A stretch of 64,000 nucleotides of DNA from an uncultured Bacteroidia bacterium (lineage in GTDB: Bacteria > Bacteroidota > Bacteroidia > Bacteroidales > UBA932), in contig CADBRH010000055.1 in NCBI GenBank assembly GCA_902797035.1, positions 13,178-77,177 on the forward strand. Reading direction: 5' to 3'. Below, piece by piece: positions 19,476 to 28,152 of the stretch; position 1 is the stretch's first letter; each line of letters begins with the position of its first letter. The position numbers and the translations under genes were made by a program. The notes under the pieces are model-generated. The model searched no databases, was not told the DNA's origin, and saw only the letters and a program-made list of their open reading frames with translations.

Positions 19476-21959
19476 TCAGTCTATAGTGAGAGTTATTTCC
19501 TGAAGGTCCTCGTCGGCGGAGGAGGATCCGACCATGATGGTGAAATCACCTGGCTCGACTGTCCAGCGGTTGTCGGCCCCGAAGCACCGGAGCATATCGG
19601 GGGTTATCCCGAACCGAACCTCGGCGCTTTCCCCGGCTTTCAGGAACACCCTCTTGAAGGCTTTCAATTCTTTGACCGGCCGCGTCACCGAGGCGTATTC
19701 ATCACGGATATACAACTGCACCACCTCTGCCCCGTCATACGGCCCCTCGTTGGTGATGGTGATTGAAATCACCGCCAACGTCGTTGAAGGCACCTCCAGC
19801 GGCTCGACCGCCTCGCTTCGCTCGGCCCCACCGCTCGCGTCGCTTAGCGACGCTCCGGTCCCCCCTCTTAACGTGCCGAGGGTGGCAGTGGTCTCGCCAT
19901 CTGGAGAGCCTTCAACGGCGAGAAGCGAAGGGGATGAATAACGAAACCTGCTATAACTCAGGCCGAAACCGAAGGGCCAGAGGGGGCCGGTCTCGTTGGT
20001 GGCGAAGAGTCTTGAATATTGGGAATGCTTATGGTTATAGACAGTTGGCACCTGGCCGACGCTCCTGGGCATCGTCACCGGCAGCTTACCGGAAGGGTTG
20101 ACCTTGCCGGAAATCACCTCGGCGATCGCCTGCCCTCCCATCTGCCCTGGTTCCCAGACATTGAGTATGGCATCGACGTTCTCCTTGGCCCAGGCTATGC
20201 TGTTAGCCCTGCCGGTCATCAAGACCAGAACGGTCGGCTTCCCGGTGGACGCCACGGCCTCGAGAAGTTCCTCCTGCATCCCTGGAAGGTCCAGGTCGTC
20301 ACGGTCGCAGTTCTCGCCGCAAGTCCGGCCGAAAGCGGAATATCTCTGGGAGTTCTCCCCGACCACAACTATGCAGACGTCCGCCGCCGCGGCCTTGTGG
20401 CGCGCGACTGATATTCCTTTGGCGTCAATATTCGATATCTTTCCTCCGAAACACATCGTGTCGATTGAGATGCCCGGGAACTCGGTCTTCAACCCCTCGA
20501 CCACCGTGATTACCAGCGAATCCGGCTGCGGAGCCGCCCAATCCCCCAGAATCGTCTGGCTGTCCGCGTTTGGCCCCACGACGAAGATTCGTCTTGTGAC
20601 GAATCGTCCACCCCCCTGCGCCCCCGGTGGGGGACTGAGGGGCGTTCCCATCAGACTCCCTGGGTCGCTTCGCTCCGAGTCGCTCGAGCAGGCCAAACCG
20701 GCTCCAAGCGGCAGGATGCCATTGTTCTTCAGGAGGATGATGCTCTCGCGGGCGGCTTCAAGGGCGGTCTGGCGGTGCTCCTTGGCGTTCTCAAGAGGCT
20801 CAAGCGACGGCATAGGAGCCTCGAAGAGCCCGACCGCGAACTTCATCTCAAGAATCTTCCCCGCCGCCTCATCGATCCGGCTCATCGGGATCCGGCCCGA
20901 TTTCACGGCGCCGACAACGGCCTCGAAGTAATTGTCACCCTGCATGTGCATGTCAATCCCGGCCTCCACGGAGCGGACAAAAGCCTCGGTCGAGTCAGGT
21001 GCCCAGTGGTGCATGGCGTAAAGCCTCTCGATATCCATCCAGTCGCTTACCACAAACCCGTCGAAACCAAGCTCATCCCGCAGCAAATCGTTTAAGAGCC
21101 AAGAGTTTCCGTGGCACGGGATGCCATTGATCTCGTTATGGGCAGCCATTACTGTACCCACATGAGCATCCTGTACGGCGGCGATGAAAGGAGGTAGGTA
21201 TATTTCCCGGAGTTGCCTCTCTGAAAGGTCCATAGGGGCGGCGTTGAGACCTCCGAAGGGCTCCCCGCCCGCGATCAGGTGCTTGGCGCAGGCTATCACG
21301 TGTCCCTCGTCGAAGTTCCTGTCCCTTCCCTGGAGTCCCCAGACGGAATATTTCCCCATCTCGGTCACCAGGAAAGGATCCTCCCCGAAGGTCTCTCCCA
21401 TCCTGCCCCAGCGGGCGTCACGAGCGACATCCAGATTGGGAGCGAAAGTCCAATACAGGCCTTTCTGACGCATCTCAGCCGCTGTCTCCGCCCCGATTCT
21501 CTCCATCAATCCCGGATTGAAAGTCGAGGCCATGTTTATGTTGGTCGGATAGATAGTGCAGCCTTCGATGAGGGCGTTTCCGTGGATGGCGTCTATCCCG
21601 ATCAGGAGGGGTATTCCCAGACGGCTCTCTTTCGCCAGTTCCTGCAGGGCTATCGCCTCTTTTGTGGTCATGCAGTGAAGGAAGGAACTCACCTCGCCGC
21701 GGCGGATCTTGTCGGCCAGATCCTTGTTCCCGAGATTCTCGTCGGTCGCGTCGATGTTCTTGTAGGGCGAGCCCTGTCCGGGAGGAACGTAACAGGGCGC
21801 CACATATTGGCACATCTGCCCCACCTTCTCCTCCAGAGTCATCTCTTTCAGAAGCAGTTCCGCCCTTTTCGACGCCGGTAGCGTAGCGTCCCGCCAGTCT
21901 CCCTTCCCGCAGGAAACCGCCACCGCCAGCAGCCCTATTACTATGAATATCTTTTTCAT
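19476..21959 (-). CDS. GH3 beta-glucosidase/xylosidase (BglX-like) lipoprotein with two in-frame insertions
   Basis: Lipobox AVSC; MTLEEKVGQM, DAIHG, RDARWGR..ETFGEDP, KH, VVSDW, FGFGLSYS, RPVKELKAF. Confidence 0.95.
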   Translation of the reverse strand: MKKIFIVIGLLAVAVSCGKGDWRDATLPASKRAELLLKEMTLEEKVGQMCQYVAPCYVPPGQGSPYKNIDATDENLGNKDLADKIRRGEVSSFLHCMTTKEAIALQELAKESRLGIPLLIGIDAIHGNALIEGCTIYPTNINMASTFNPGLMERIGAETAAEMRQKGLYWTFAPNLDVARDARWGRMGETFGEDPFLVTEMGKYSVWGLQGRDRNFDEGHVIACAKHLIAGGEPFGGLNAAPMDLSERQLREIYLPPFIAAVQDAHVGTVMAAHNEINGIPCHGNSWLLNDLLRDELGFDGFVVSDWMDIERLYAMHHWAPDSTEAFVRSVEAGIDMHMQGDNYFEAVVGAVKSGRIPMSRIDEAAGKILEMKFAVGLFEAPMPSLEPLENAKEHRQTALEAARESIILLKNNGILPLGAGLACSSDSERSDPGSLMGTPLSPPPGAQGGGRFVTRRIFVVGPNADSQTILGDWAAPQPDSLVITVVEGLKTEFPGISIDTMCFGGKISNIDAKGISVARHKAAAADVCIVVVGENSQRYSAFGRTCGENCDRDDLDLPGMQEELLEAVASTGKPTVLVLMTGRANSIAWAKENVDAILNVWEPGQMGGQAIAEVISGKVNPSGKLPVTMPRSVGQVPTVYNHKHSQYSRLFATNETGPLWPFGFGLSYSRFRYSSPSLLAVEGSPDGETTATLGTLRGGTGASLSDASGGAERSEAVEPLEVPSTTLAVISITITNEGPYDGAEVVQLYIRDEYASVTRPVKELKAFKRVFLKAGESAEVRFGITPDMLRCFGADNRWTVEPGDFTIMVGSSSADEDLQEITLTID
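19779..19920 (-). repeat. palindromic element family A, copy in GH3 (in frame)
   Basis: 36-bp core at 19855-19890; imperfect ~20-bp terminal IR 19779-19799/19901-19920; encodes TATLGTLRGGTG...GGAERSEA. Confidence 0.9.
20586..20706 (-). repeat. singleton palindromic insertion (element C) in GH3
   Basis: ~30 extra residues between LPL and IFVVGPNAD; hairpins 20586-20605 and 20611-20644; GAGCGAAGCGA motif shared with family A. Confidence 0.65.
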
Positions 21960-21974
21960 TTGTTGTATGTTATT

Positions 21975-22093
21975 TAAAAGATGGCGTCCCCTTTCCGGCC
22001 ACTGCCACCCTCGGCATGTTAAGAGGGGGGACCGGAGCGAAGCGATCGGTGGGGCCGCGAAGCGGCGGCAAGGAAAGGGGACGCCATCTTTTA
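21975..22093 (+). repeat. palindromic element family A, intergenic copy
   Basis: Core at 22000-22035; perfect 22-bp terminal IR TAAAAGATGGCGTCCCCTTTCC at 21975-21996/22072-22093. Confidence 0.9.
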
Positions 22094-24520
22094 TTTAATA
22101 TCAATAACAATCTTGTCGCTGACGGCGACGGGGGGCAGGGAGAAGCGGATCATGCCGCCCTCGAAGGACCAGTCTTTCAACGGTTTCCCTCCGACGAGCA
22201 CCTCCGACGCCTTGCCGTCGTTTTGCACGGCGAACGAATATTCCCGAGTGGCCGGCATCCCCTCGAACGATCCCTGGACAGGATTCACTACAATCCTTGA
22301 GGCTCCTCCCTTCTCGTGACACTCGACCTTGGTGCTGGCAATGGCACCCTTCTCGAAAGCGTAAGTCTCGCCGTCGTCATCCATCAGGGTGTATTCGGAG
22401 TCCCCGTGAGGGTATATGTTCAAAGTCACTTTCTCGAAAGGTCTGGTCCCGAGGTAGGACACGTCTCCCTGAGAGGGGATGATCGCGCCCTCGCGGATGA
22501 ACAGCAGACCCGCCCGGTCGGCCGGATATTCCCTGGTGAAAGTCTCTCCCCGGCTGACGATCCTCTCGCCGGTCCAGGCGTCCGTCCATGTACCCTTCGG
22601 CAGGTAGATCTCGTTCGTGAATATCCCCACGCAATACCAGGGCCCGAACATGTACTGGTAGGTCATGTCGTCGCAATTCCTGTCTTCCGGGAATGTGAGA
22701 GGCATCGAGCGGACGATGGGCATCCCGTTCTGGCTGGCCTCCAGCGCCATCGAATAGATGTATGGGGCGAGAGAATACCGGAACTTCACGTAGAAACGGT
22801 AAATGTCCTGCTCGGGCTTGTCGTAATAGAACGGCTGCATCATCGAGAACCAGCTGTTTATCTGGACCCAAGGCAGGAATAGACCGAAATGAAGCGAGGG
22901 CATCTCAAGGTCGCGCGGCACGCTCATCACGTCACAGGAAGTGTTGAGGAAGCCGCTCATTCCGAGGTTCAACTGGTCGTATAGGGCTGTCTTGCCGCCA
23001 CCATTGTCACCGGAGGTGGAGGCTGTCCAATGAGGAGTGCCGGCCCAGCCGCCGCAGTAGTGGTGCCAGGTGCGGCGGTTGTTGTAATTCCTCCCTAACT
23101 CCGCCATCTGCTTGGGGAGCAGGACCTGGTTGAGATTGTGCATCTCCGCGTCGGTCTTCCCGTTGTAGTACTGCCAGTCGGGATGATTGTCGATCGTGCG
23201 GGCCGGGTCGAGCTTGAACCCCTGGACACCTTGGTCCATGAAATTCTTAAGATGGTCCATCCAATGCTCCTGCCCGGAAGTGTCGCGTCCCTCCTTTAGG
23301 GCGATCAGATCCTCCTCGACAAGGCTTAAGTCATATTCCTCGCAAAGCCAAAGCCCGAGGTGGAAGCCCATCGAGCGGAGCTTGCCGATGAAGAGCCGAT
23401 GGTGCATGGTCTTGGGATACTGGTCCTGCACCCAGTAGGGCTCCGGGGAGAAACGGTCATAGTTCCAGCGCTTCTTAGTCGTGAAATCGTAGCGCTTGGC
23501 CATCCACTGGGGCTCCAGCCAGAACACGTCGCAGGGGACGTCTATCTGTCGGAACATCGCGGCGTCGTGCAGGATGTCGAACTGCTCCTCCCGCATATTC
23601 GGGCCGAAACAGAGGCCATAGGCCCACTTGGGCAGGACATAGGTCCGTCCGGTGATCTTGGTGTAGGCGTCGAGGATGGCGGGCATGTCCTTTCCGGCCA
23701 TCAGGAAGAAGTCGGCCTCGTCGAAGTTATTGACGATGTTGAATAGGTCTTCCTTGACGCTTCCCACGTCGAAGAAGCACTTTCTGGTGGTGTTGTCGTA
23801 TATTCCCCAGCCTCTGGAGCTCATCATGAAAGGCATGGGGATCTCGGTGTGCTGGTAGGTTGTCCACATTCTCAGCAGCTCACCCCTGTGCTGGATGTGG
23901 TCGCGGCTGGTGCTGCCACCGCCGTAGAACCTCTCGCCGTCCTCCATCCTGATAGAGATCGCGCATATCTCGAGAGTGCCGGGAATCTCCCGCTTATCCA
24001 CTTTGGCGAACTCCTTGTCGTCCCCGATGATGCCGCCGCCGTTACTCACGACATTGAGGTCTTCCCATTTTTTGTTGATGATTTCCCGGAGGTCGCCGCA
24101 GAATTTGTCCTTATCGCCGAGAACCTTTACTTCCCGGATCACGGTGCCGCCTTTGGCGTCCTTGAGGGAGATGACTCCGGTCTTCTTGTTGACGCTCAAT
24201 GAATATTCCTTGTCGCTGACAGTCCAGACGTCACCCTTTGTGGTCACGGTCGTCCTTACCGGCGCCCAGTCGGTCTTGATGCAGCCGTATCTTTCCATCA
24301 GGGACTCCTCGAAGGTGTTCCGGGGCGAAACCCTGACACGGAATATCCCCTCCTCGCACACGTCCACCTTGACAGTGTGGCCGTCATTCAATTTGACTGT
24401 CGTCGCCGGACGGCCGTCCGGGCCCGGCCGAGTCCATCCTCGCTCCGCCGCGGCTGGAATGACAATTAAGCTGAAACCAGCGGCCAGGCAGGCCAGGGCG
24501 ATAATAAGTCTCTTCATCAT
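22091..24520 (-). CDS. glycoside hydrolase family 31
   Basis: PFMMSSRGWG, YTKITGR..LPKWAYG, GFKLD, SGD, PYIYS......GMPIVRSM, YMFG, YLPKGTW.D.WTG, DDGET. Confidence 0.88.
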   Translation of the reverse strand: MMKRLIIALACLAAGFSLIVIPAAAERGWTRPGPDGRPATTVKLNDGHTVKVDVCEEGIFRVRVSPRNTFEESLMERYGCIKTDWAPVRTTVTTKGDVWTVSDKEYSLSVNKKTGVISLKDAKGGTVIREVKVLGDKDKFCGDLREIINKKWEDLNVVSNGGGIIGDDKEFAKVDKREIPGTLEICAISIRMEDGERFYGGGSTSRDHIQHRGELLRMWTTYQHTEIPMPFMMSSRGWGIYDNTTRKCFFDVGSVKEDLFNIVNNFDEADFFLMAGKDMPAILDAYTKITGRTYVLPKWAYGLCFGPNMREEQFDILHDAAMFRQIDVPCDVFWLEPQWMAKRYDFTTKKRWNYDRFSPEPYWVQDQYPKTMHHRLFIGKLRSMGFHLGLWLCEEYDLSLVEEDLIALKEGRDTSGQEHWMDHLKNFMDQGVQGFKLDPARTIDNHPDWQYYNGKTDAEMHNLNQVLLPKQMAELGRNYNNRRTWHHYCGGWAGTPHWTASTSGDNGGGKTALYDQLNLGMSGFLNTSCDVMSVPRDLEMPSLHFGLFLPWVQINSWFSMMQPFYYDKPEQDIYRFYVKFRYSLAPYIYSMALEASQNGMPIVRSMPLTFPEDRNCDDMTYQYMFGPWYCVGIFTNEIYLPKGTWTDAWTGERIVSRGETFTREYPADRAGLLFIREGAIIPSQGDVSYLGTRPFEKVTLNIYPHGDSEYTLMDDDGETYAFEKGAIASTKVECHEKGGASRIVVNPVQGSFEGMPATREYSFAVQNDGKASEVLVGGKPLKDWSFEGGMIRFSLPPVAVSDKIVIDIK
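24387..24475 (-). repeat. palindromic element family B, copy 2 (in frame at the GH31 signal-peptide junction)
   Basis: Core 24404-24456; decayed 17-bp terminal IR 24387-24403/24459-24475 (12/17, all mismatches transitions). Confidence 0.8.
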
Positions 24521-24524
24521 ATTG

Positions 24525-25985
24525 CTATCTTACATTATTCTTAACTATCTGCTTTTTCCCCTTGCTCCCAGGCTCCTCGGTCTTGAGGTTCCTTATGGTC
24601 AGGCCTTGCACGTCATCCGCCACCACAGCCGGCCTGTAGTCCTTCTCTCCGGCCACCAAGCGGACATTGTCAAGGGTGATTCCCTTGGCGTGGCGGATAA
24701 ACAATCCCCAGGCTGGAAGTTCCTTGAACTGAGAGAATTCCGGATAGACGTCAACCATCTCCGGAATCCCGGCAAGATCCTCCGGCGAAGTCCCCCTGTA
24801 GGCGTAAAGCTTGTTTCCTCCTCCCGGATAAATGATCTCCACATTCTTCAGGGTGATGTTCTCGATCGGGATGTCAGGGACGCCGACTATCCCCGAGGGG
24901 GATATATTCCTTGGAAGGTCCTCGACCGGGCCCTCATAGCTGTAGCCGGCGTCGGCCTTCCCGGCCGGGACCTCGACACGGATGTTGGATAAGGTCACGT
25001 CGCGGAGATAGCCTTTCTTGCCGCCGTGCCATCTCTCGCCGGTCCTTAAATAGATGGCGTTGCTTGTGTTGACGGCGTCGAGGCTGTCCACGATTATATT
25101 CTCGATCTCACCCCCATCAACGGACTGGATTGTGATCGCCGAGCGGTGTGTGTCGAAGACCTTGTTGTTGATTATCCTGATGTTCTTGAAACCGCCCCTT
25201 GAGACCGTGCCGAACTTGAATCCGCTGGCGCTCGAGCGGGCCACGCAATTCCGGACCTCGATGTCCTCGCAAAGGTGGGCGGCCGAGTGTGACTTGAAAC
25301 AGATGGCATCATCGGAAGCGTCTATGAACGAGTCTTTTATCAAGACGTGACGGCAGTCCACAATGTCGATGCCGTCGTTATTCCAATAATTCTTGCTGTC
25401 CATCAGGATTCCGCTGATCACGAGATTCTCGCACTGGTCAGTGACAAGTGTCCACTCGGCGGAGTTCCTCAGGTTGACACCTTCGATCACAACGTTCTCG
25501 CACTCCCTGAAATAAATCAGCTTTGGCCTTTTTGTAACCCTGTCGTACTTAGTTGTGTCCTCAAGGAGTCCCAGATGGACAAGATTCAGGAAATTCAAGG
25601 CGCAGTCGAAGCCCCTCCCGTCGATCACTCCCTTTCCTTTGACGGAGATATTCTTTTGTCCCTTAGCCAGAAGGAGACCATAGTTGCCCTCGACCATGTC
25701 GTAATCGTACGGGTTGGTCGAGCCAACCAGCACCGCACCTTCCAAAAGCCGTATCTCGACATTGTCCTTCAAGGCTATGCTTCCGGTCAGGTAGCGTCCC
25801 ACAGAGAACTCAAGGACACCTCCACCGTGCTCGCTGATAAAGTCGATGCCCGCTTGGATTGACCTGGTGTTGAGGGTGACCCCGTCCGATTTGATTCCGA
25901 AAGTCGAGGCCTGGTGGATCTGGGCTCCGGCAGGAATGGAGAGAACCATTGCCATCAATAAGATTGCGGTCGAAAATCTCTTCAT
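24525..25985 (-). CDS. glycoside hydrolase family 28 (paralog of 8952-10451)
   Basis: Start MKRFSTAI; NNDGID, DDAICFKS, GFKFGT; shared DAGYSYEGPVEDLPRN and YPEFS..KELPAWG motifs. Confidence 0.9.
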   Translation of the reverse strand: MKRFSTAILLMAMVLSIPAGAQIHQASTFGIKSDGVTLNTRSIQAGIDFISEHGGGVLEFSVGRYLTGSIALKDNVEIRLLEGAVLVGSTNPYDYDMVEGNYGLLLAKGQKNISVKGKGVIDGRGFDCALNFLNLVHLGLLEDTTKYDRVTKRPKLIYFRECENVVIEGVNLRNSAEWTLVTDQCENLVISGILMDSKNYWNNDGIDIVDCRHVLIKDSFIDASDDAICFKSHSAAHLCEDIEVRNCVARSSASGFKFGTVSRGGFKNIRIINNKVFDTHRSAITIQSVDGGEIENIIVDSLDAVNTSNAIYLRTGERWHGGKKGYLRDVTLSNIRVEVPAGKADAGYSYEGPVEDLPRNISPSGIVGVPDIPIENITLKNVEIIYPGGGNKLYAYRGTSPEDLAGIPEMVDVYPEFSQFKELPAWGLFIRHAKGITLDNVRLVAGEKDYRPAVVADDVQGLTIRNLKTEEPGSKGKKQIVKNNVR

Positions 25986-26026
25986 GGTTGAATGTGCTGA
26001 TATGACTGATTCATGACGATAACAAG

Positions 26027-26034
26027 CAAATATA
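26027..26034 (-). promoter_or_regulatory. -7 promoter element TATATTTG upstream of the GH28/GH31/GH3 unit
   Basis: TAnnTTTG consensus just after the susD terminator. Confidence 0.55.
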
Positions 26035-26049
26035 CAGAATTTATATAAT

Positions 26050-26077
26050 AAAAAAACCGGCCCCGAAAGGAGCCGGT
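26050..26077 (-). terminator. intrinsic terminator after left susD
   Basis: Minus strand ACCGGCTCC-TTTC-GGGGCCGGT stem followed by a T-tract. Confidence 0.85.
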
Positions 26078-26095
26078 CCAATTTGGGATTATCTG

Positions 26096-28132
26096 TTAAT
26101 AACCGTCATTCTGCGGGATCTGCTTGTCCTTGTTGGAATCGATGATCTGCGCGGGAATCGGGAATACATAGTTGTGAGGCTTGAAGTTGCTGTAGTGACG
26201 GGTCTTGCCAAGATTGTCGACATAAGACTCGCGAGGGTTGTTGGCAACTCCCTCATAACCGAAGCCGTACTTGTGTACACGCTCATACATGTAGTTGCTG
26301 GTCGTCGTGTTCTGCGTAGGATACTTGGAGGTCACATAAGTGGCGTTCGGGTTGCAGGACAGACGGTTCAAGGTGATCCAGCGCTGCTCCTCACCGAAGA
26401 GTTCGCGGATACGCTCGTCCATGATGTAGTCGATGTCGACATCTCCGGCGTCAACCTTCTTTGCACCGGCACGGTCACGGAGAACATTGATGTCGGCGGC
26501 GGCGCCGGCGGCATTGTTCTGGGCGAGACGGGCCTCGGCACGAAGCAGATAGGTCTCGGCGATACGGATCATGTAGAAGTCGCAATCGTAGATGTTGTAA
26601 GCATAGACATTGCGGAACGGGTGCTTGTCATCAGAGAACTTCCAGAAACGAGGAGTGATGTTCATCGTATCGGATGCGGTGATGACGTAAGCGTTGTCAT
26701 CAGGGTGGGCAAGCTCGCGCTCCTTCAGTTCGGCCTTGATTTGTGACCACTTCTTTCCGGAAGGAGTGTAAGGGTCACGCTGGATCATAACCTCGGAACC
26801 ACGGAAGTCGTTGGGGTCATCCCACACACTGCCATTGACGTCACCGGCGGGACGGGTGACATATTCATTGGCGATGAGGGTGAGGCCGTATGCGGCACCA
26901 TTGCCTTGTGAACGGCAGGCGAGCGAATCGATACCGGTGCTGAGGTTGTACATCAGCTTACGTCCGACAGCGTCCTTGACGTCCTTGTTGGGATCTCCGG
27001 CATTGGGAACATCGACACCGGCAGGGAAGCAGACAGCGTCGGTCGAGAAGATATAGAATACATTCCCGTCCTTATCCTTGCGTGTACCGTTCTTTCCGCC
27101 CATCGGGACCCAGGGAGCCCAGACAGCCTCGATAGGAGCGGTGTGGGTACGCCACCAGGAGTCACCGGAACCACCGAGGGTCCACATGTCGGAAGTGGAG
27201 AAGTCGGACTGGCAGACCCAGATGGCCTCCTTGTTGGCGGCGTCATTGGAGTTTCCGTCCTTTGCGTTCGAACCGTCGGTCTTGGCGGAGCTGCGGAACA
27301 GATCCCAGTAAGCGCCCTGAGGGGCTGCGAGTGAGTTGCCGTAACGGTCGACAGCCTGGTCGGCGCGGTTACCGAAACGGGTGGTCATAAGGGCGTAATC
27401 ACCATCCTGGCCGCTGATGACACGGCTGGCGGCATCCTCAGCCTCCTTGAACTTTCCAAGGGCAAGATATGTCTCGGCAAGATAGTGGGCCGCGGCAGCC
27501 TTGGTCAAAGTACCCATGAGCCTGGGCTTGGTGGGGAGGTTCTCCTCCGCCCACTTGAAATCTTCAGCGATCTTCTCCCAAGCTTCCTGACGAGTGAGGA
27601 GCTCGTAGTCGTAACGGGCCTCAGTAGTCATGTGCTCGGCATACATGACACCACCGTACATACCGGCAAGGACCCTGTATGCCCAAGCGCGCATGAAGAT
27701 GGCCTCAGCGCGAAGCTCGTTCTTCTTGGTCGTGGTAGAATAGGATACTCCCTCATTCTGGTCGATCATGTCTACAACGGTGTTCGCGCGGTTGGCGAGC
27801 TTGTACATGTAGTCAGGCCAGTGACGGGCGAAACCACTCTGATCGGTGAGAGAGGCCCAGTTGGACATGTGGTCGGTCGCGCTTGTCTCGGAGAATGAGT
27901 CGAGACCGACACCAAGGAGCATGAAGGAGTGAGTCGTACGCATGCAACCGTAGATCATGTACTGGACTTCCGCATAGCAGGAAGCCAGACCGATTTCCAT
28001 AGCACGCTCGGACTGATAGAACCCGGCAGAGTCGTTCTTGTAGGACTTCTCCTCGAGGAATTCCTCGTCGTTGCAGGCTGTTAAGAGAGCGACACAGGCT
28101 GCGAGAGCAGCGAATATTTTATAGATCTTCAT
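26096..28132 (-). CDS. susD: SusD/RagB-family lipoprotein (left copy)
   Basis: Lipobox LTAC; EAIFMRAWAY, TKAAA, IRIAETYLLRAEA, ERIRELFGE, PIP...QNDGY. Confidence 0.95.
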   Translation of the reverse strand: MKIYKIFAALAACVALLTACNDEEFLEEKSYKNDSAGFYQSERAMEIGLASCYAEVQYMIYGCMRTTHSFMLLGVGLDSFSETSATDHMSNWASLTDQSGFARHWPDYMYKLANRANTVVDMIDQNEGVSYSTTTKKNELRAEAIFMRAWAYRVLAGMYGGVMYAEHMTTEARYDYELLTRQEAWEKIAEDFKWAEENLPTKPRLMGTLTKAAAAHYLAETYLALGKFKEAEDAASRVISGQDGDYALMTTRFGNRADQAVDRYGNSLAAPQGAYWDLFRSSAKTDGSNAKDGNSNDAANKEAIWVCQSDFSTSDMWTLGGSGDSWWRTHTAPIEAVWAPWVPMGGKNGTRKDKDGNVFYIFSTDAVCFPAGVDVPNAGDPNKDVKDAVGRKLMYNLSTGIDSLACRSQGNGAAYGLTLIANEYVTRPAGDVNGSVWDDPNDFRGSEVMIQRDPYTPSGKKWSQIKAELKERELAHPDDNAYVITASDTMNITPRFWKFSDDKHPFRNVYAYNIYDCDFYMIRIAETYLLRAEARLAQNNAAGAAADINVLRDRAGAKKVDAGDVDIDYIMDERIRELFGEEQRWITLNRLSCNPNATYVTSKYPTQNTTTSNYMYERVHKYGFGYEGVANNPRESYVDNLGKTRHYSNFKPHNYVFPIPAQIIDSNKDKQIPQNDGY

Positions 28133-28152
28133 AATTCTTTCTGTGTTTAAAT

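Noticed and set aside
19779-19920. In-frame inserts as inteins or group I/II introns
   Set aside because: Too short, no C/S...HN intein termini and no recognisable intron core; the frames stay open without splicing
21975-22093. Intergenic IR read as a plain rho-independent terminator
   Set aside because: The 75-nt loop is the conserved repeat core also found inside CDSs; it may still affect transcription but is not a simple terminator
22016-22300. 94-aa ORF starting MLRGGTG inside the intergenic family A copy
   Set aside because: The ATG arises from the C/T variant in the element and the ORF runs antisense into GH31; no support as a gene
8952-25985. Nucleotide similarity between the two GH28 genes (e.g. 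GACGCCGGCTACAGCTATGAGGGCCCGGTCGAGGA)
   Set aside because: Explained by paralogy at a conserved protein motif, not a mobile repeat
26003-26081. Upstream-extended starts given in the ORF track (e.g. 26081, 5142, 4874, 14743, 16066, 31425, 56018, 60112)
   Set aside because: The extensions overlap neighbours, terminators or promoter regions; downstream ATGs give proper signal peptides or family N-termini
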